Assembly (NCBI GenBank): GCA_964016885.1
Contig: OZ024756.1
Coordinates: 14,260,001 to 14,324,000 of the forward strand
Reading direction: 5' to 3'
Source of the DNA: Eledone cirrhosa
Taxonomy: Eukaryota
DNA length: 64,000 nucleotides
Shown here: positions 30,420-43,409 of the stretch, piece after piece
Position numbering within the stretch: position 1 is the first letter of the stretch
How the letters are laid out: the number at the start of each line of letters is the position of its first letter
Notes under the pieces: generated by a model
The model's database searches: none
The model's input: only the letters and a program-made list of their open reading frames with translations
Told to the model about the DNA's origin: nothing
Position numbers and translations under genes: made by a program

Positions 30420-30620
30420 CCGAATTGGTGTGGGAAAGACAGCTACACATGTTGTTGAAGTGTGTTTTACTCCGTCAATACTCCGATATGTCCAGCTCCT
30501 GGTTGGGTTGTTATTTCTCAGAGAAATAACAACCCAACCAGGAGCTGGACATATCGGAGTATTGACGGAGTAAAACACACTTCAACAACATGTGTACCTG
30601 TCTCTACCACACCAATTCGG

Positions 30621-30675
30621 ACTGCCTGAAGAGGTCACAGCCAATGATGGCTGTCACCGAAATATATATAGCAGT
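30621..30675 (+). ncRNA. Type I hammerhead ribozyme motif (family B)
   Basis: ACUGC-CUGAAGA-GGU-CACAGCCA..UGGCUGUC-ACC-GAAAUAUAUAUA/GCAGU with a perfect 5-bp stem I. Confidence 0.82.
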
Positions 30676-30848
30676 ACATCTTTAATAAACGAAGCCACAT
30701 TTTACCTATTTGACTTAATTATTTTACATTACTCCGGAGTAACCAAACCGATCTGCGTACTTCGTTGAGTGCTCCAATCTGCATATTGAGGTATCGGTAA
30801 ACAACCAACATATACTCAAAATTTATACATACATATATATATATATTT

Positions 30849-30883
<35 letters not shown>

Positions 30884-31072
30884 CATGCCCACGCACACAC
30901 ACATGTGTATAAATACACATATACATATATACATACACAGACATACACTAACATACATACGCACACATATAAAAGATACAATCATAAGCACAATTCAGTA
31001 TGTATCTGAATAAGCAGACAAGCAAAAAATAAAAATAAAAATAAAAATCGTAAGGTTTAACTATGAACGAAC

Positions 31073-31598
31073 GTTCGTGTCTTCGAGTATGGCCATTGCA
31101 CGATATACCATTATTAATAATTGTTAATTAATTCTATCGTGCAATGCCTGTGCGTGAAGATATTTTTTAAAGTGAGGAAAGACTGTGCACTGAGCCAATC
31201 CCACTCTCTGAGTGACAGTAGCTATAACCCTAAAAGAAGAAAAGATCGACAGCATCGGTAACTACTGAGCCGCAGGTTTTATATCGGAGTTATCCCAGTT
31301 TCCTGAGTTGCCTCCTTCTAGAAGAATGCCCTGACAAAGGCTACGGGTCCTTCACTCCCAGTGGTTTAACTGCGCGGTACATGTGTATTTAAATATTTAC
31401 ACACTTTCGGATAGCCGCTGACTCTTATGAGTTCTTCCGCCCTTTGTCAGGTTTTGTTCTTTGTCCTGCAGGGTGTCTAAAATCACCCTCCTCACCAAGT
31501 AAATTTGGTGGGGTTGCCGGTTTAGTCGCCGACGACCCGACCATGCGATATGTTGTACTGGGTTACATGTTACCAGTAGCACTCATGAGTGACCCGAC
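31073..31598 (-). mobile_element. Diverged subfamily of the bipartite RTE-derived element
   Basis: Colinear similarity to 15929-16533 (caccctcctcaccaag, ggtggggttgcc, catgttaccagtagcac). Confidence 0.6.
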
Positions 31599-31599
31599 A

Positions 31600-31808
31600 T
31601 ATAAATATACATACACATATATAAATACACACATATATATATATACACACATACACATATATATATAAATATACACATACATATATAAATACACACATAT
31701 ATATATAAATACACACATATATATATATACACACATACACATATATATATAAATATACACATACATATATATATTTATATATATATATACATATAAAAAT
31801 ACACATAC

Positions 31809-31841
<33 letters not shown>

Positions 31842-31965
31842 CATATACACATACATATACACATATATATATATATACATATACACATACATATATATAT
31901 ATATATAATACATATATATATATATACATATATATACAGATATATATATATACATATACATATAT

Positions 31966-32006
<41 letters not shown>

Positions 32007-32281
32007 TATATACATATACATATACATATATATATAAATATACATATAAATATACATATATATATATATACATATACATATATATATATATATACACATA
32101 CATATACATATATATATATACACATACATATATATACATACATATACACATACATATACACATACATATACATATATACATATACACGTACATATATACA
32201 TATACATATATATACATATACATATATATATATATATACATATATATACACGTACATATATATATATACATATACATATAC

Positions 32282-32344
<63 letters not shown>

Positions 32345-32943
32345 CATATATATACATATATATACATATATATATACATATATATATATACTTATATATA
32401 TATACATACATATATATACATATATATATACATATATATATATACATATATATATATACATATATATATATACATATATATATATACATATATATATATA
32501 TACATATATATATATACATATATATATATACATATACATATATATACATATATATATACACATACATATATATACATATATATATATACATATATATATA
32601 CACATACATATATATACATATATATATATACATACATATATATACATATATATATATACATACATATATATATATACATACATATATATACATATATACA
32701 TATATATATATATATACATATATATACATATATGTATATATATATATGTATATATATATATATGTATATATATATATGTATATATATATACATATACATA
32801 TATATATGTATATATATATACATATACATATATATACATATACATATACATATATACATATACATATATACATATATACATATATATACATATACATACA
32901 TATACATACATATACATATATATATATACATATATATATATAC

Positions 32944-33006
<63 letters not shown>

Positions 33007-33043
33007 CATATACATATATATATATACATATATATATATATAC

Positions 33044-33090
<47 letters not shown>

Positions 33091-33768
33091 AACATATATA
33101 CATATACATATATAAACATATATACATACATATATACATATATACATATATATACATATATACATACATATATACATACATATATATACATATCCATACA
33201 TATATACACTTATATACACATATACACATATATATACACACATATATATATACATATATATATACACACATATATACACATATATATATATACACACATA
33301 TATATACACATATATATATACACACATATATATACACACATATATATACACATATATATATATACACACATATATATACACATATATATACACACATATA
33401 TATACACATATCTATATATATACACACATATATATATATATATACACATATATATACACACATATATATACACATATATACACACATATATATACGCATA
33501 TATATATACACATATATATATACACATTTATATATATACATGTGTATATATAAACACATATATATATATACACACATATATATATATATACACATATATA
33601 TATACATACACATATATATATACATACACATATATATATATACACATATATATACACACATATATATACACACATATATATACACACATATATATATATA
33701 TATACACACATATATATATACACACATATATATATATATATATATACACATATATACATATATACACA

Positions 33769-33806
<38 letters not shown>

Positions 33807-34280
33807 CATATAAAGACATATATATATACATATATATATACATATATACATATATCGCCTTCAAGATACACCCAAGGCTTGGGCCCCGTGCAATCCGTCC
33901 CATTCAAAAATCTAAATCGCAACTCATAACAACAATACGGCACAATTATTTCACCTCAATCGGCCCTGCTCTCTTCAACATCACACCAGGAAACGTCAAA
34001 ACAGAAACTGACCACACAAAATTCAAGAAGTCTTTGGACAAATACCTCCAAGTAATCCCGGACAAACCACCCACACCCGGATATGTCTCCGCAAACAGTA
34101 ATTCTCTTCTCGAATGGGCCATGGTGCCCAAATCCTGAATTGAAAGACTTCGCCAGGTGGTGCTATTAAGTTAGACATGGCCTGGGCCAATACTGGCCAA
34201 AACATTTCAAAGTTATTCAAAGTTACATATAAATACATTTATATAAATACATATAAATACATATATATATATATAAATAC

Positions 34281-34311
<31 letters not shown>

Positions 34312-34735
34312 CATATAAATACATATATATATATACCCATACACATATATATATATACACATATATATATACACACATATATATATACACACATATATAT
34401 ATACACATATATACACATATATACATATATATACATATACATACATATATATACATATAAATACATATATATACATATATATACATATACATACATATAT
34501 ATACATATACATATATATACACCTACACACATACACAAACACCAAAAAGTAGAAACAATTATACATTTATATACATATATATATACATAATATATATGTA
34601 CATATATGTATATACATATATATATATACACATATATATATACATATATATATATACACATATATATATACATATATACATATATATTCACACATATATA
34701 TATACATATAGACATATATATATATACATATATAT

Positions 34736-34808
<73 letters not shown>

Positions 34809-34959
34809 TATACATATACATATATACACATATATATATACATATATACATATATATTCACACATATATATATATACATATAGACATATATATATATATA
34901 TACATATATATACACACATATATATATATATACATATATATACATATATATACACACAC

Positions 34960-35004
<45 letters not shown>

Positions 35005-35129
35005 CACACATATATATATATACACATCTATATATATATACACACATATATATATATACACATATATATATACATATATATACACACACACATATATATA
35101 TATATATATACACACACACATATATATAT

Positions 35130-35162
<33 letters not shown>

Positions 35163-35276
35163 CACACACACACACATATATATATACATATACACACACA
35201 CACATATATATACATATATATATATATACATATACACATATACACACATATATATATATACATATATATATATACA
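31600..35276. repeat. Compound (TA)n/(CA)n microsatellite field containing the CR1 fragment
   Basis: Direct reading. Confidence 0.95.
33854..34226 (+). mobile_element. 3' end fragment of a CR1-group LINE
   Basis: 33854-34138 reads ..[44 protein letters not shown]..stop, a typical CR1-group C-terminus, followed by a short 3' UTR with tandem ttcaaagtta tail. Confidence 0.75.
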
Positions 35277-38200
35277 CGGACCAATCATAAGCCATAATAC
35301 GTGGACCAATCATAAGCCAGAGCCCCCCCCCCCGCATCACCACCATTATTATAAGCCAGAGCCCCCACCCCCACCCCACGCATCACCATTATTATTATTA
35401 CGCGGACCAAATCATAAGCCAGAGGCCTATACTATCGCTTGCCCGGTTGCCTTCGATATATGATGGATGGATGGATGGACGGACGGACTGCGGAATCCTG
35501 GAGAGCGGAAGGGAGAGAAAAATCTGGACGCCCAGAGCGAAAATGCCAAAGTTAAAGTCAAATTCACCTCGTGGACGAGAATGCGAGCACTCCTCTTTGT
35601 TTCGTCCGCGGATGGCTAACATAACCCTATCTCCTCCCGCCCCCCACCACCCCCACCCTCCAAACGCAACCCAAAACTTCAGAGTTGGTACCATAAATGT
35701 AGGCACCCTAAAGGGTCGCGCTAACGAGGTTGTAGAAATGCTTGAACGTAAGGAGGTCGATGTTTGTTGTATTCAAGAGACCAGGTGGAGGGGTGGGTCT
35801 GCTAGATTCATTGAGGGTAAAAAACGATGTTATAAGCTTTTCTGGGTGGGAAACGACGATGGGCTGGGTGGAGTAGGAATCATGGTAGCAGAAAAGTGGG
35901 CAGATAAGATAATAGACGTAAATAGAGTGAACGACAGAATAATTAAAATAAGACTTGTCCTCAATAGAACTACGGTGACAGTAATATCTGCGTACGCACC
36001 CCAATCCGGACTGCCCGGCACTATAAAAGACAGATTCTATGAGACACTGTTGCTAACTACCTCCCAAATATCTGACAGTGACTATATAATTATTGCAGGC
36101 GACCTAAATGGTCATGTTGGACAACATTGTGACGGCTACGACGAAATCCATGGAGGCTATGGGTTTGGTACTAGAAATGAGGAAGGCTCCAGAATTCTGG
36201 AATACTGTGATGCAAATAACCTAACTATCTGTAACACTAACTTCAAAAAACGTGACAATCACCTGATTACCTATAGATCCGGGGAACACACAAGCCAGGT
36301 AGATTATATCCTTACCAGAAGACGTGACAGAGTGTCTGTTGTAAACACTAAATCCCTCCCCCATGAAGAATGCACCTCCCAACATAGACTGATAATTAGC
36401 GACCTCACAGTCAGGACGAGACGTACCCGACAGCAGAAGAGGACTATCCTCAGGAGGAAAATATGGAAACTAAAGGACCCCACAGCCAGAAATAAATTTC
36501 AAAGCATATTACTTGATGCTTTCGACAGTAAGGAAGAGCATCTAGAATCGGACAATATAGAGGGACAGTGGAAATTTCTGAAAGCAAACCTGCTGTTGGC
36601 GACAGACGAAGTCTGTGGCTGGAGCAGGCCTGTAGGCAGGAGGAGAGTAACATGGTGGTGGAACAATAGGGTGGAGGGGTCAATTAAGGCCAAAAAGCAG
36701 GCTTGGAAAGTATGGCGGGATGGGGGAAGTAGAGTAGACTATCAAGTGGCCAGGAGGGAAGCTAGGAGAGAAGTGTACTTAGCAAGAAGGGAAGCTGAGG
36801 AAAGAAAGTTCAAGCATGTTCTACAACGCGATGACCAAAAACGTGAGGTGTTCAGGATTGCCAGGCAATGCGTCAAGGAAAACCGTGATATTGTCGGGGA
36901 GAAGTGTGTACTTAACGATGATGGCATACTTGCCATCACCGACACTGATAAGAAGGTAGCTTGGAAGTGTCACTATGAAAGGCTACTAAATGAGGAGAAT
37001 AAATGGGAGAAAGACAGTCTCCCCCATATCGACCCGATAGAGGGACCAGCAGTGTTAGTCGAGGGGAGTATAATAAGTAAGGCAATCAAGGATATGAAGA
37101 CTGGTAAGGCGGCTGGGCCTTCGGAAATAGTTGCTGAGATGCTGAAGGCATCTGGCACGGTGGGACACACCATGGTCACCCGCATAGTTAACCAAGTCGT
37201 ACAGAATGGGGTTGTTCCGAAGGACTGGCATAGCAGCATCATCGTTAACTGTTACAAGGGTAAAGGAGACGCCCTAGATAGGAGTAACTATAGAGGCATT
37301 AAATTAATCGACCAGGTCATGAAGGTCACGGAAAAAGTAATAGCGCAACTAATCAGAGAGAGAATTGATCTAGATGAAATGCAGTTCGGGTTTGTGTCAG
37401 GCAAAAGCACCATAGACGCTCTTTTCATAGTACGACAACTACAGGAGAAGTACCTAGCTAAAGGTAAACCCCTCTACTTAGCTTTTGTCGACCTGGAGAA
37501 AGCCTTCGACAGAGTCCCCCGCTCCATTATCTGGTGGGCTCTTAGAAAACTAGGCGTTGACGAATGGCTTGTGAGGGCTATACAAGCCATGTATAAAGAA
37601 ACAGTCAGCAAGGTTAGAATTAACAACGAATATAGTGAAGAGTTTAGCGTAAAAGTTGGCGTCCATCAGGGCTCTGTTCTCAGCCCCCTACTATTTATTA
37701 TTGCCCTTCAGGCTATAACAGAGGAGTTCAAGACAGGCTGCCCATGGGAACTCCTATACGCAGACGACCTGACACTCATAGCGGAATCAATGGCCGAGCT
37801 AGAGAAGAAATTCCAAACATGGAAGCACGGCCTAGAGTCAAAAGGACTTAAAATTAACCTGGCTAAGACCAAAGTTCTAGTTTGTAGGAAAGAAAACAAG
37901 GCGGCGGTCCCTTCTGGGAAATGGTCGTGCTCGGTATGTAGGAAAGGCGTAGGTAGAAACTCCATCTTATGTCCTAAATGCAAAGTATGGGTGCATAAAA
38001 GATGTAGTGGGATCACAGGTAAGCTAACTAAGAACATAGACTTTACATGTGGCCGGTGTTCTGGTGCAATAAGTAGCAGCAAGTGCCCACAAAATACTAG
38101 CTCTTTCAATTGCGCAGAGGGTTCTATAGAAATAGTGGACAGCTTCCGTTACCTGGGCGATAAAATCAGCAGTGGGGGAGGGTGCTCTGAAAGTACTGTA

Positions 38201-39080
38201 GCTAGAGTCAGAACTGGTTGGAAAAAGTTCAGAGAGCTTATACCACTATTAGCTGCTAAAGGGTTCTCCCTAAAAATGAAAGGCAGGTTGTACGATGCCT
38301 GCATACGAACAGCAATGTTGCATGGTAGTGAGACCTGGGCATTGTGTGCAGAGGATATACGCAGACTAGAGAGGAACGAAGCTTGCATGCTCCGCTGGAT
38401 GTGTAACAGTAATATACGTGAACGGCAAAGCATAAACGAACTAAGGAAAAAATTAGAGATAAGAGGGATCAGATGTTGTTTACTCGAGAGAAGGCTGCGT
38501 TGGTATGGACACGTGATGCGCATGAAAGTCGATAGCTGTATTACAAAGTGCAGGGCAATAAAGATAGACGGTAGCCACGGAATAGGCAGACCTAGAAAAA
38601 CATGGGATGAGCTGATAAACTCCGACCTCACACACTTACACCTCTCCAAGACAATGTCACTGGACCGTGACCTTTGGCGGTACTCAGTAACAGAGAAGAC
38701 CCGCCTTGCCAGTAGGCATCTCTAACAAACTACACCCCGTCCCGCCACCACCCCCACCCCATCCACACCACCCCGTTCTATGTAAAGTTATGTTGGTGCC
38801 GCGCCATCCAGGCCGAAACAAATGAGATCGTGTAGGTGTCACGACAAAAAAACACACAGTCCACGCTGTAATGTGGCCGTGTAGGCAACACGGTAAAAAC
38901 CTCCCAGACCCACACTGTAAATGTGGTTGGTGTTAGGAAGGGCATCCAACTGTAGAAAACCTGCCAGACAGTCCTATGCGAGCAAGACAATCACTCTTGC
39001 CTCAAGTGGGACTACCCCCGTCCAAACCCATGCAAGCGTGGAACACGGACGTTAAACGTTGATGATGATGATGATGATGA
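35277..39080 (+). mobile_element. Full-length RTE-clade non-LTR retrotransposon inserted in TA/CA microsatellite
   Basis: 5' UTR with repeated ccaatcataagccagag units, a single long ORF, and a 3' UTR ending ...ggacgttaaacgtt(GAT)n at ~39060-39080. TSD cannot be resolved inside the microsatellite. Confidence 0.93.
35471..38725 (+). CDS. RTE LINE polyprotein: APE endonuclease + reverse transcriptase + PHD-like Zn finger
   Basis: APE motifs GTINVGTL, CIQETRW, SAYAPQ, AGDLNGHVG, QVDYIL, SQHRL. RT motifs NYRGIKL, QFGF, AFVDLEKAFDRV, GVHQGSVLSPLLF, LYADD, FRYLG. RTE C-terminus GSETW, RLRWYGHV, GRPRKTW. No stops. The track start at 35447 is TTG; first ATG is 35471, alternative 35543. Confidence 0.95.
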   Translation: MDGRTDCGILESGRERKIWTPRAKMPKLKSNSPRGRECEHSSLFRPRMANITLSPPAPHHPHPPNATQNFRVGTINVGTLKGRANEVVEMLERKEVDVCCIQETRWRGGSARFIEGKKRCYKLFWVGNDDGLGGVGIMVAEKWADKIIDVNRVNDRIIKIRLVLNRTTVTVISAYAPQSGLPGTIKDRFYETLLLTTSQISDSDYIIIAGDLNGHVGQHCDGYDEIHGGYGFGTRNEEGSRILEYCDANNLTICNTNFKKRDNHLITYRSGEHTSQVDYILTRRRDRVSVVNTKSLPHEECTSQHRLIISDLTVRTRRTRQQKRTILRRKIWKLKDPTARNKFQSILLDAFDSKEEHLESDNIEGQWKFLKANLLLATDEVCGWSRPVGRRRVTWWWNNRVEGSIKAKKQAWKVWRDGGSRVDYQVARREARREVYLARREAEERKFKHVLQRDDQKREVFRIARQCVKENRDIVGEKCVLNDDGILAITDTDKKVAWKCHYERLLNEENKWEKDSLPHIDPIEGPAVLVEGSIISKAIKDMKTGKAAGPSEIVAEMLKASGTVGHTMVTRIVNQVVQNGVVPKDWHSSIIVNCYKGKGDALDRSNYRGIKLIDQVMKVTEKVIAQLIRERIDLDEMQFGFVSGKSTIDALFIVRQLQEKYLAKGKPLYLAFVDLEKAFDRVPRSIIWWALRKLGVDEWLVRAIQAMYKETVSKVRINNEYSEEFSVKVGVHQGSVLSPLLFIIALQAITEEFKTGCPWELLYADDLTLIAESMAELEKKFQTWKHGLESKGLKINLAKTKVLVCRKENKAAVPSGKWSCSVCRKGVGRNSILCPKCKVWVHKRCSGITGKLTKNIDFTCGRCSGAISSSKCPQNTSSFNCAEGSIEIVDSFRYLGDKISSGGGCSESTVARVRTGWKKFRELIPLLAAKGFSLKMKGRLYDACIRTAMLHGSETWALCAEDIRRLERNEACMLRWMCNSNIRERQSINELRKKLEIRGIRCCLLERRLRWYGHVMRMKVDSCITKCRAIKIDGSHGIGRPRKTWDELINSDLTHLHLSKTMSLDRDLWRYSVTEKTRLASRHL

Positions 39081-39193
39081 CACAAATATAAATATATATA
39101 TATATACACACATATATATATACACAAATATATATATATACATATATATACACATATACATATATATACACACACATATATATACATATATAT

Positions 39194-39251
<58 letters not shown>

Positions 39252-40784
39252 TCACATATATATACATATATATACACATAGATATATACATATATATACA
39301 CATATATTTATATACATATATATACACACATATATTTATATACATATATATACACATATATATATACATATATATACACATATATATACACACATACATA
39401 CATATACAAACATACATATATACATATATATACACACATACATATATACATATATATACACACATATATATATACATATATATACACACATACATATATA
39501 TATGTACATATATGTATATACATACACATATACATATATGTATATACATACACATATACATATATGTATATACATATATGTTATATACATATATGCATAT
39601 ACATATTAATTCATATATATATACACATATATATATGTATTTAGTAGATAAATTATGTAATATTCATTCATTATTTATTCAAAGTAACCCAACTTATTTC
39701 ACAAACGGACGCACTCCTTACTTTATTATAGTTTAGATTTTATCCATTTCTTCATTTACTTCTACCTTGAACACTCTCTATTATTTAACCACGAACACTC
39801 TCTCTCATGTTAAACACCCTGAAAATTGTTACATATTCAACACCTATTTTATTTTATCTTATTTTACACTTATATTATTCACTTATTGACTTCATAATTT
39901 CCTGAACACTCTCTCTTATTTTAACCACCCTGGGCCTTTTTCACATACTTTCAACACTTATTTTATATCACAGTTATATTTTTATTTTTCACTCCTTTAC
40001 TGAGTCCTCTTAATTCTTAAGCCACCCATATATGTATTTTTGTAGGTGACCATGTGTATGTAGGCATACAATTGTATGGCCGTAAGTTCGCGCTAATGTA
40101 TGTATGTATTTGTATGTACGTGTGCATGAATGTATATCTATCTTTATGTAAGTGTGTATACGTATGTATATGTATGTGTGCGTTTATATATGTATAACAT
40201 TTTCATTTATATATATATATATATATATAGTTATGTAATAAACAACATAAGATAATTATTTCATTTACCAATGGTTTCTTGCAGACAGATACTTATGTCT
40301 GTCTTCATTCATCAGAAGAAATATTTATTTAATATGGAATAGTGATATAGATTTGAAAACACAGTTTAGGATAAATGAAAGTGAGGCTGAAATAAAATTG
40401 AGGGGAGAAAAATATATAAATATCCAAAAACGTAAACATACACAAACTCACGCATTTAAACTATAACAAAGGAAGGTCTGAGGGACTGCGTACGGTTCAT
40501 TTTTTATCCCGTTAGTAAAATAAGTTGGATTACTTTGAATAAATAATGAATAAATATTACATAATTTATCTACTAAATTTCGTAAACAAAAATAATTTCG
40601 TAAAAATAAATAATTTAAAATTGACTTCTTTTCAAAGTTGCACTTCCGGTATTTCGTTGCCACCACCACCACGTCAACTACCATATATATAGAAAGAGAG
40701 AGTGTGTGATGTCAACACTTCCGGTGGCGATCACTTAAATAAACATACTCATTTTCTGTCACTAATTTACTTCTAATGCAGTTT

Positions 40785-41143
40785 ATATATAATATCGTCT
40801 TTTTTTAATGTATCATGGATTACGTTACTGATTACATAAGACAGTGTAACGCAGTCTTCGTTCAATTTCTGTGTATATTGTCAATTACGATTTTATTTGA
40901 TCACATCTACATGCATATATACTTGCGTATAATATCAATATACACACTACACATGCTAGCAGATATATAATATCGTCTTTTTTTAATGTATCATGGATTA
41001 CGTTACTGATTACATAAGACAGTGTAACAACGTCTTCATTCAATTTCTGTGTATATTGTCAATTACGATTTTATTTGATGTATCATATCTACATGTATAC
41101 ATACTTGCGTATAATATCAATATACACACTACACATGCTAGCA
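40785..41143. repeat. Tandem duplication of ~180 bp
   Basis: atatataatatcgtcttttt...cacatgctagcag occurs twice head-to-tail. Confidence 0.85.
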
Positions 41144-41917
41144 GAAAACCACCCTATCTGGTGGTTTTTCTGCTAGCATTTATAATAGTACGTAAACATA
41201 TACATTCACACATAAGTATATGTGCGTCTGCATGGAAATACACATACACACATATATATACGTGCGATCTGCCCATACAAACATGTGTATAAATACATAC
41301 GCACATCTGCCTATACACGTACGTATACACAGACATACATAAGTTCACACACAGGCACGCACGCTTACACTTAAGTGTACACATAGACGTAATCGTAAAG
41401 ATATATATATACACACACAGACATAAATACAAACGACGATAGACACATGCAAAAATCTAACTGGGAAGTAGTTAGTGGAACAGATATAAATAAAAAATAA
41501 AAAAAAAAAAAAAAAAAATTAAATATAAATATATATATATATAACGTATTAAAAAAATAATGAATAAAACAATGAAACAGTTCCTTATATTAAACAAAAA
41601 AAGTTCATTATTTAACGATCGTTTCTAGGACATATATGTGTTAGAATTGGCATGCATATTCAACAGATCTATGTACAAAATTATACAAAATTATACAAAC
41701 TATCAAATTTAGGACACTACTGTAAACTCTTGGTAGATTTATCTACATATATATATATAACCAAAGATTAATATAGTTCATTGATTACTCAATGAATATA
41801 GTTTTACAATAGATTAAAAGCACTCTGCAAGAAGTTTTCTGGAGTTATTAATATTATACGAAATATTAATAAATGAAGACATTCACATAATCAAAATATA
41901 TGTTTTATTATATATAT

Positions 41918-42104
41918 GGCGGTGGATTGGCAGTATCGGTAGAGGGTCGGACGCCATGCTTTCCAGCATAGTTACGTCCCTTTACGATCTGAGTTCAAAT
42001 CCCGCCGAGGTTGACTTTGCCTTTCATCCTTACGGGGTCGATAAAATAAAGTACCAGTAATGCACTGGTTAATTGCTGGCCTTGTGCCTAAAGTAGAAAC
42101 AATT
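41918..42104 (+). mobile_element. tRNA-derived SINE, full-length reference copy
   Basis: Box A TGGCAGTATCGG, box B GTTCAAATCC, central gactttgcctttcatccttacggggtcgataaa..agtaccag (resembles the MetaSINE domain from memory), tail agaaacaatt(at)n. Confidence 0.88.
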
Positions 42105-42275
42105 ATATATATTTCGGAGGTACTGTGCTGTGTTTTCAGTACGTCCTCGTCAGATAAAATACATGAATTGATGTATGACATACCTCAACGGTCTTGATGA
42201 TTCAATTCCAGTACTGCCAATACTGGAATTGAATCATCAAGACCGTTGAGGTATGTCATACATCAATTCATGTAA

Positions 42276-42336
42276 TTTATCTGACGAGGACGTACTGAAA
42301 AAAACAGCACAGTACCTTCGAAATATATATAATGAA
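42276..42336 (+). ncRNA. Type I hammerhead ribozyme motif (family G)
   Basis: UUUAU-CUGACGA-GGA-CGUACUG..CAGUACC-UUC-GAAAUAUAUAUA/AUGAA. The inverted copy (~41905-42157) is split by a SINE. Confidence 0.75.
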
Positions 42337-43366
42337 ACATATATTTTGATTATGTGAATGTCTTCATTTATTAATATTTTGAATAATATATATATATAAA
42401 TATAATTTCAGCGAGATCGTATTTCGGCGGGGAACAAAAACAAAGCGAAACGCAATCCTCGAGATATGCGGCTAGCGCTCAATGGACTAAAAGAAGACTA
42501 GAGCAATTAACATACAAATATATATCCATACACACATACGTATATATACACCAACACACACACATATACGCATATATACACCAACACACACACACATACA
42601 TACAAACACACACACACATATATATATGTGTGTGTTTGTATATATATACTTATATATATACACATACATACATACACATACCCACATAAGCACATACATA
42701 TATATATAGAGAGAGAAAGAGAGGGAGAGAGACACACAGACACACACACACATATATATATATATATGTATGTATGTATAGACACGTAAAAGTACATAAA
42801 CCCGCACACACATAAACATGCATACATACAATAAAAATAACCGTAATTATAAATATGTACACATATAGACAAAAAAGTATACACGCATATACATATATAC
42901 ATGCATACACATACATTTATATATACATACATACGCACACACACACATATATATATATACATACATACACACGCGTACATGCACATAAATATACATATAT
43001 ACATGCGTATACACATATATATATACACCCGCACGTACACAATATGAGTGAGAGGACATAACACACGTACATACACACACACACACAAATATATATATAT
43101 AAATGGAAAAGAATGAAACGAAATTTCATTTCTCACTCTTAGTACGGCTGATACTTAAATATAAGTATGTATACGTACATACATATATGTGTACAGACGT
43201 ACAGTAATATATATACATACATGCACATATATATATATATATATGTACGTATGGGTTTACCGAACATTTATTATAATGTTCGGCTTGTTTGTAAACAAAC
43301 CGCCCGAATTACGCCGTACAGTGCTCGGAAACCAGCGTCGCCTTTTTGTTCAACACTGACACAAGA

Positions 43367-43409
43367 ACGATGTACTAGTTTCAAGCTTATTAGCTATCGT
43401 CAGCATCGT
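43367..43409 (-). ncRNA. Hammerhead ribozyme motif (family M)
   Basis: ACGAUG-CUGACGA-U-AGCU AAUA AGCU-U-GAAACUAGUA/CAUCGU with a perfect 6-bp stem I and palindromic ACUAGU stem III. Confidence 0.75.

Larger units (their letters stand above)
30310..30826. mobile_element. Asymmetric palindrome family B with two hammerheads
   Basis: ~205-bp near-perfect arms centred at ~30519 plus a ~100-bp tail; collapsed copy at 5302-5420. Confidence 0.85.
41758..42388. mobile_element. Asymmetric palindrome family G (interrupted by SINE; tail-only copy 29548-29680)
   Basis: Arms centred at ~42216 (attccagta ctgccaa tactggaat); hammerheads in both arms. Confidence 0.8.

Noticed and set aside
30310-30826. Palindromes as classical MITEs or fold-back sequencing artefacts
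   Set aside because: Arms are asymmetric, differ by substitutions, contain ribozyme cores and share termini across independent loci.
40641-40725. Two CACTTCCGGT ETS-like motifs as a promoter
   Set aside because: No other promoter or first-exon evidence visible.
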